A stretch of 11,276 nt of DNA. Origin: Candidatus Xenobia bacterium. Lineage in GTDB: Bacteria > Vulcanimicrobiota > Xenobia > Xenobiales > QWHO01. The translations under genes were made by a program, and so were the position numbers. Of the stretch, positions 6,262 through 11,276 are shown in pieces (the first letter of the stretch is position 1; every line of letters starts with the position of its first letter). The DNA lies in assembly GCA_045863235.1 (NCBI GenBank), contig BTUM01000141.1, forward strand, positions 1-11,276, given 5' to 3'. A model generated the notes under the pieces. The model searched no databases, was not told where the DNA came from, and saw only the letters and a list, made by a program, of their open reading frames with translations.

Positions 6262-7005
6262 GTGTTCGACTTTCTAAAACGCCCCGAACCGGTGGAGCTG
6301 GTGGAGATCTCCGCCGCCACCGTCACTTTCCGCAGCAAGAAGTCCCACCCCGAAGGGAAAGTGCTGCGCATTCGCTTTGAGTTGACCGACGGCACCAAGA
6401 AGCGCGAGTTCAAACTTGCCGTCATGGTTCAATCCTGTCGTCCCCACACCGACAAGCGTTTCGTCTGCGTCAGCCAGGTGCTGGAAACGCGCAGTCTCTC
6501 CTCCATCTACGCCGCCACCCAGGAAGGCCTCAACCAGTCGGGCGAGGCTGCCAGGCGCAAAGCGCGCCTGCCGGCCCGGCTGCGGGTGGTTTCGCACGGA
6601 ATCCACGCTCTTTCCAAGGACTTCAATGCAGACGGCATGCAGCTCGAGGTACTCGAGCCGGTCGAGGTCGGCACCCAGATGGTCCTGACCGTCGAACTGC
6701 AGACCACCCTGTTCCCGATGCTGCTGGTGCCGGCCAAGGTGGTCTGGTGCCGCGAGGTGGGGCGCAACGCCTACCTGCTGGGGATCCAGTTCCAGGAGCT
6801 GGCGCCCGCTCTGCAGTACCAGCTCACCGAGTACGAGACCTACCTCAAGCAAGCCGACGAAGGCGAAATCGCGCTCCGCCAGGCCAACACCTATGACAAG
6901 CACCTGCGCAAGATCTATCCCAAGGAGATCTCGGGCCTGCCGGCCGATCCCAAGGCTCCCGTGCCCGAGCACCTGCTCAACCAGGCGGGCCAGGAATCGA
7001 AGTAG
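6262..7005 (+). CDS. PilZ domain-containing protein (putative c-di-GMP receptor)
   Basis: GTG start. RxxxR (RRKAR, 6553-6567), DFNADG variant of (D/N)xSxxG (6619-6636), AKVVWCR and YLLGIQF. The N-terminal half looks like a degenerate PilZ barrel (EISAATVTF...PEGKVLRIRFEL). Confidence 0.85.
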   Translation: MFDFLKRPEPVELVEISAATVTFRSKKSHPEGKVLRIRFELTDGTKKREFKLAVMVQSCRPHTDKRFVCVSQVLETRSLSSIYAATQEGLNQSGEAARRKARLPARLRVVSHGIHALSKDFNADGMQLEVLEPVEVGTQMVLTVELQTTLFPMLLVPAKVVWCREVGRNAYLLGIQFQELAPALQYQLTEYETYLKQADEGEIALRQANTYDKHLRKIYPKEISGLPADPKAPVPEHLLNQAGQESK

Positions 7006-7014
7006 GAGGACTGG

Positions 7015-7749
7015 TCAGGGGGTCTTGAAGCGCACCTCCTCGGGCACTTCGACCCCGGCCAGCCAGCGCTCCATGGCCTCGAGGTCATTGGCCAGCCAGT
7101 GGGCGCCGCGAATCAGATCCAGCCGCTGCCCGTCCAGATAAGCGTCCTGCAGGCCTAACCGCAGCCCCTCACGCACGGCGTCGCCGGCATAGAGCACCGG
7201 CGCAACGGTAGGCGTCTCGGGGGGAGCCTCGGGGTGCTCGTAGCCGGCCTTGCAGGGCTCCACCTCCAGGCTGTGCCAGGCCCGGCAGGCCACCGGTCGA
7301 GCCTCGTAGACCGAGCACTGGTCGTTCTCCAGAAACGGACAGGCCAGGTTGCGCCGGGGCCGCTCTGGCCCGAGCGCCCGGACCACCTCATCCGCCCGGG
7401 CCAGCCGCTCGATGAGCGCCTGGTAGCGTTCGGGGGAGAAGGTGGCCCGCGCGAACATGAGCGCGTTCACGATCTCGGGCAGCGAGGCCGCCACCGGAAT
7501 GTGGCAACAGTACGAGCACCCCTTCCTGCAAGCCAGCTTCGGCTTGAACACCTCGTCGAGCGTCTTGCGAGCCAGCTCGTAGAAGTCGCCCGCGTTCATG
7601 CCCGCTTCCACCGTCGCTTCCAGCGTCTGGGAGCGCTGAAAGATCTGGGCCGCCGAGGCGCGCTGCCCGTCGTGAGCCCGGGTCAGCACGTCTTTGGTCC
7701 AATCCGAGAGCGCCTTGCGAGCCTTCTTCTCACGCGAGTGCCGTCCCAT
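7015..7749 (-). CDS. YkgJ family cysteine-cluster protein (CxxCxxCC, putative Zn/Fe-chelating)
   Basis: ACRKGCSYCC and CPFLENDQCSVYEARPVACR. ATG overlaps the upstream stop (TGATG, 7747-7751). Confidence 0.9.
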   Translation of the reverse strand: MGRHSREKKARKALSDWTKDVLTRAHDGQRASAAQIFQRSQTLEATVEAGMNAGDFYELARKTLDEVFKPKLACRKGCSYCCHIPVAASLPEIVNALMFARATFSPERYQALIERLARADEVVRALGPERPRRNLACPFLENDQCSVYEARPVACRAWHSLEVEPCKAGYEHPEAPPETPTVAPVLYAGDAVREGLRLGLQDAYLDGQRLDLIRGAHWLANDLEAMERWLAGVEVPEEVRFKTP

Positions 7750-9131
7750 CAGGGGGTCAAGAAGCCCTCGATGACCGGGAAGGAGACGGCGGCGTCGGTG
7801 ACCGCGCTGGTATGGCTGACCGCCACCACCAGGGCCTGGAGCTGTCCGATGCCCGGGAAGTTGGCGCTGACCAGATCCACCAGGCCATCATCGAAGTCCT
7901 GCCCCATGATCCAGTCGGCCAGGGTGAGCTCGAATCCCGGATCGTTGCCTCCGAAGGTGAAGTAGAGCCACTGGGGGTGATTCTGGGCGGCCCCCTGGTT
8001 CAGCGCGGCCAGCGCCGTGCTGCCGTCGCGCAGGTCGTTGAGGCCCGCCGAGCTCAGATCGGGGTCACACTTGGAGCCGTCCCGGTTGGTGAAGTCCATC
8101 ACGTCGTTGAGAACCAGGTAGCGCACCACCCGCTGGAACAGGCTCAGCTTGCCCTGCAAGATGTTGATCACGCCGCTGCCGGTGTGGGGGCTGCACAGGA
8201 AGGCGGCCCGATTGTCGCTGGCGGCCACGGGGAGCTGATTGTTCTCGATGGCCTCGCGGGACACCAGGCCGCCCTCGCTGTGGGCCACGTGACGCCAGTT
8301 GCTGTTCGGATTGACGGCTGAGAGCGCGGTGTAGAACTGGGCCAGATAACCGCCGTTGTCGGAGATGGAGTCGAGAGTGTCATACTCGAACCCCACGATG
8401 CCAGTGGCCACGCCCTGGTCGAGCAGGTAGGTGGCCATGGGGGCGAACTCCTGGCTGCGAATGTTGGAGCCCAGGCCGTGCACGATCATGAGCGGCCGGG
8501 GCCCCAGGTTGGGGATGGGGGCCACCGGCTGGCCCAGGCTGATCACCAGCTCGAACTTGCTGGTGGTGGGATTGAAGGAGTAGCCGTTGTAGGTGCCCCA
8601 GTCGACGTGCGGGGGGTAGTCGAAGATCGACTCCACGAAGCCGACCTGAAAGGAGGTGATCTCGAGGCCCCGGCCCTGGACGCCGCCATCGCTGGGGGGA
8701 ACCAGCGCCTGCACGGAGCCGTCGCTCTGAGGGACGAACTCGAGCGGCACCAGGAGGCCTCCCGTGACCAGCACCGGGAAGACCTCGTTGTCGGTGGCAG
8801 GGGGCGTCATGGTGACGGAGAGGCCATCGTGGCTGATTCCGCCCAGATCGACCTGAAGGTGGGGTCCTACCGCCCGGAAATCGGGGTCGGCCGGCTGCAC
8901 CGTCGGCTCGACGGTGGAAAGCTGGACGGTGGCGTCGGCCTCGAGCGAATCGGGAGGGATGTTGACCTGATGCTGCTCGAGCTGGAGCTGAGCCCCCGTG
9001 GCGTCGTCCACCAGCGCGGTCAGGTTATCAGGAGGCGCCACCGGATTGATGGTGGCGTTCGGGCTGTTCAGGCTGCCCCCACCGCAACCCATGAGAGCAA
9101 GAAGAACAAGTAAAGAGAGGATTTTTCGCAT
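7749..9131 (-). CDS. Lipoprotein with C-terminal alpha/beta hydrolase (lipase/PGAP1/DUF676-like) domain
   Basis: Start placed at ATG 9131 (MRKILSLLVLLALMGC, lipobox LMGC; SD-like AAAGGGG upstream). Oxyanion VHGLGS, nucleophile AHSEGG, SPHTGS, DDGLV and C-terminal VSHT. Confidence 0.82.
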   Translation of the reverse strand: MRKILSLLVLLALMGCGGGSLNSPNATINPVAPPDNLTALVDDATGAQLQLEQHQVNIPPDSLEADATVQLSTVEPTVQPADPDFRAVGPHLQVDLGGISHDGLSVTMTPPATDNEVFPVLVTGGLLVPLEFVPQSDGSVQALVPPSDGGVQGRGLEITSFQVGFVESIFDYPPHVDWGTYNGYSFNPTTSKFELVISLGQPVAPIPNLGPRPLMIVHGLGSNIRSQEFAPMATYLLDQGVATGIVGFEYDTLDSISDNGGYLAQFYTALSAVNPNSNWRHVAHSEGGLVSREAIENNQLPVAASDNRAAFLCSPHTGSGVINILQGKLSLFQRVVRYLVLNDVMDFTNRDGSKCDPDLSSAGLNDLRDGSTALAALNQGAAQNHPQWLYFTFGGNDPGFELTLADWIMGQDFDDGLVDLVSANFPGIGQLQALVVAVSHTSAVTDAAVSFPVIEGFLTP

Positions 9132-9162
9132 CGCGCCCCTTTCGCAGCTCCTGGTCGGAACC

Positions 9163-11124
9163 CTACTGCAAACGACGGACGAAGCTCTCCTCAAAGTTCC
9201 GCTCGCGCACTTTCCGACCGTTCTCGCTCAACACGCGCCGGTAGAAGGCGTGGAAGTGGTCGGCGTCCGACTGCACCCGCATGAGGGTCTGCAGCGCAAG
9301 GATGCGGCCGGGCAGCTCGATCGTGACGCTGGACTCGGCGTGCATGCTCGCGTTGGCCGGTTGAGCGGAGTCGACGCGGTGAGTCAGCTTCTCGTGCACC
9401 CGAAACGTGCGGTCCTGGATGCGAAAGGCGTCCTCCCCCTCCCAGATCACCAGGCCGGGTTTGCGTTCGTAACGGAAAGGCATTCCCCGCGAGGCGAGCG
9501 ACTCGGCGTCGGGACGGGTCTCGCGCGGCTCGGGGGCGGGCAGCTCGGGCGCCTGGCCAATCGCGGGCACGACCGGCAGCTCGAGCCAGGTCCGCTCTCC
9601 AGGCTTCAGGTGGGTGGTCATCTTGTGCGGCGAGGGCCAGACCATCTGGAACTGGGCGTTGGAGACCGAGAGGCGAATGCGATGTCCGGGCTGGAAGGTC
9701 CAGGTGGTGAAGTGAAGCTCGAGGGGCAGGTCCACCAGCTCGTCGAGGGGGAGCGGGGAGGGAGAGGTCCGGGAGGCCCGCTGGCTGCCGTTGAGGACCG
9801 CCCCCGTGACCAGTTGCACCTTGCCGTCGGGAGCCACGTCCTCCAGTCGCACCGACCAGTGGGCCAGGGGAGCGCTGGAGCGCGCCCGCAGGTGCACCCG
9901 CGGAAGGCCGACGATGCCCACCGGCTCGGTCACAGGAGCTGAATCGAAGACCAGGGCTCCTTCGGCATCGGCGCTGACGTCTTCGGTGGCATCATCCCAC
10001 CAGACGCCGGCCTGCACGCCTCGCCCCGGAGCATACTGCAACGACAACTCAGGACCATCGGCAGGCCGGGCTTCCAGGCGGTTGCGCAGGGGATAAAGCC
10101 GCGTCAGGCGAGTGCCCCGAACAGGCCACTCCTCCAAGCGCCAGCCGGCCCCGCGCTGGTAGACCAGCAGTGGTTTCTCGGCCTGCAGGCCCGGACCCCG
10201 GTCCTTGAGCCAGAAGTCCCACCATTCCAGGGCGCGCTGGCGCCACTCGTAGTTGGGCCCGGGCGTGCCGGTATCGGGCCAGTCGTGGCCCCAGTTGCCC
10301 ACCTCCACCTTGACCAGCGGGGCCGACTGCAAGAGCCGCAAAGGCGTGTCCCGGTAGAAGTCCTGCAAGCCGCCGATGGCGTAGACAGGGACTTTGAGCG
10401 CGCCCGGTCGGAAGCGTTGCGAGCGCTGCCGCCAGAACGGGCCGTCCTGCTGGTGGCGCAGGTAGGTGAAAAACCAGGGCTCGCGGTCGAAGCGGTCACG
10501 GAAGTAGGCCTCGTCGATCCGGTACTCGAGCGAGTCGGGCAGGGCGTTGTCGCGGTTGATCTCCATGTGGTACTGGTCATAGTGCAGCACGCCATCGAGG
10601 TAGTGCACGTCATCCTGGTAGAGGTCGTCGGAGGCGTGCACGGGCAAGATGGCCTTCAGGGCGGGAGGGTTGCGCATGGCCACCTGGATGGCATTGAACC
10701 CGCCCCAGGAGATGCCGAACATGCCCACCCGCCCGTTGGTCCAGCTCAGGCGGGAGGCCTGGTCGATCACGGTCAGCGCGTCCTTGATCTCTTGCTCGGA
10801 GTATTCGCAAGGCGGCAGCACGCCTTCCGACGAGCCCGTGCCCCGGATGTCCACCTTCAAGGTGGCGTAGCCCCGGCGGGCAAAGTAGGCGTGCAGTGGG
10901 TAGTCGCGCTGGTAGAACATGTCGTCCTTGCGGTAGGGCAGCATCTCGAGCAGCACGGGGAACCTCTCGCCCGGCTCGAGCGGCTGGGGGCGAAACCAGG
11001 TCACGCTCAGGCGCACGCCATCGGGCATGGTCATCCAGCCTCGCTCGACCGTGAACTCGTAGCGCGCCGGATAGCCGGCCGCCAGGCTCAGGAGGGCCGC
11101 CAAAACGAGCAGGTGCCGCACCAT
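9163..11124 (-). CDS. CocE/NonD family hydrolase (peptidase S15, X-Pro dipeptidyl-peptidase-like), secreted
   Basis: Signal peptide MVRHLLVLAALLSLAAG; MPDGVRLS; PVLLEMLPYRKDD; VDIRGTGSSEG; nucleophile GISWGG; GGLQD; WGHDWP; PepX_C-like C-terminal domain (VRLEDVAPDG...VTGAVLN...FQPGHRIRLSVS). Confidence 0.93.
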   Translation of the reverse strand: MVRHLLVLAALLSLAAGYPARYEFTVERGWMTMPDGVRLSVTWFRPQPLEPGERFPVLLEMLPYRKDDMFYQRDYPLHAYFARRGYATLKVDIRGTGSSEGVLPPCEYSEQEIKDALTVIDQASRLSWTNGRVGMFGISWGGFNAIQVAMRNPPALKAILPVHASDDLYQDDVHYLDGVLHYDQYHMEINRDNALPDSLEYRIDEAYFRDRFDREPWFFTYLRHQQDGPFWRQRSQRFRPGALKVPVYAIGGLQDFYRDTPLRLLQSAPLVKVEVGNWGHDWPDTGTPGPNYEWRQRALEWWDFWLKDRGPGLQAEKPLLVYQRGAGWRLEEWPVRGTRLTRLYPLRNRLEARPADGPELSLQYAPGRGVQAGVWWDDATEDVSADAEGALVFDSAPVTEPVGIVGLPRVHLRARSSAPLAHWSVRLEDVAPDGKVQLVTGAVLNGSQRASRTSPSPLPLDELVDLPLELHFTTWTFQPGHRIRLSVSNAQFQMVWPSPHKMTTHLKPGERTWLELPVVPAIGQAPELPAPEPRETRPDAESLASRGMPFRYERKPGLVIWEGEDAFRIQDRTFRVHEKLTHRVDSAQPANASMHAESSVTIELPGRILALQTLMRVQSDADHFHAFYRRVLSENGRKVRERNFEESFVRRLQ

Positions 11125-11165
11125 GGGCGGGTTCGGGCTGGGAGGGGCGCTGGCCTCTCGTTCGC

Positions 11166-11276
11166 GCCTGAGGCGCCGGGATCGCGCCTCATGAGGCGCA
11201 CCTTTGCTGCCTCAAGACCCCAGCACAGCCTGAGGCACCTCGAACGCGCCTCATGAGGCGCACCTTTGCTGCCTCA
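11166..11276. repeat. 62-bp-period tandem repeat built from 23-bp palindromic units TGAGGC-N11-GCCTCA; truncated by the window end
   Basis: Identical 32-mer CGCGCCTCATGAGGCGCACCTTTGCTGCCTCA at 11183-11214 and 11245-11276. GCCTGAGGC at 11166-11174 and 11228-11236 shares the same 62-bp offset. Perfect 16-bp palindrome GCGCCTCATGAGGCGC at 11184-11199 and 11246-11261. Confidence 0.85.

Noticed and set aside
9132..9194. ORF-track start at 9194 for the lipoprotein
   Set aside because: It overlaps the CocE end. ATG 9131 gives a canonical lipoprotein signal peptide with an SD-like sequence.
7234..11256. Plus-strand ORFs 7234-7965, 7812-8321, 8478-9113, 8998-9942 and 10285-11256
   Set aside because: Shadow ORFs antisense to the YkgJ, lipoprotein and CocE genes.
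11183..11276. CRISPR array (32-bp repeat + 30-bp spacer)
   Set aside because: Only two copies are visible. The putative spacer shares GCCTGAGGC with the sequence preceding copy 1 at the same 62-bp offset, there is no GTT.../...GAAAC-type end, and no cas gene is in the window. It fits a tandem palindromic repeat better, but this cannot be fully excluded without flanking sequence.

Overview
High-GC bacterial chromosomal window, densely coding, with no rRNA, tRNA or convincing CRISPR. Left edge: a decayed tyrosine-recombinase remnant (103-~380) and a leader region holding an unusually long Shine-Dalgarno-like motif, then a TIGR00266/AIM24-family gene with a long disordered tail (711-1766, +). 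The centre is a tightly coupled three-gene minus-strand operon: single-domain KaiC/RAD55-like RecA-fold ATPase (6174-5110) -> archaeal/LigB-type ATP-dependent DNA ligase (5113-3182) -> DUF5685 protein fused to an 18-Cys segment and two TFIIB-type zinc ribbons (3180-1756). A PilZ gene is divergent from it (6262-7005, +). A second minus-strand unit encodes a CocE/NonD hydrolase, an alpha/beta-hydrolase lipoprotein and a YkgJ CxxCxxCC protein. The right edge carries a structured 62-bp-period repeat made of 23-bp TGAGGC-N11-GCCTCA units that runs off the window. The best candidates for an undescribed system are the ATPase-ligase-DUF5685/zinc-ribbon operon and the terminal palindromic array. All family calls come from motif recognition by eye; no database searches were run.
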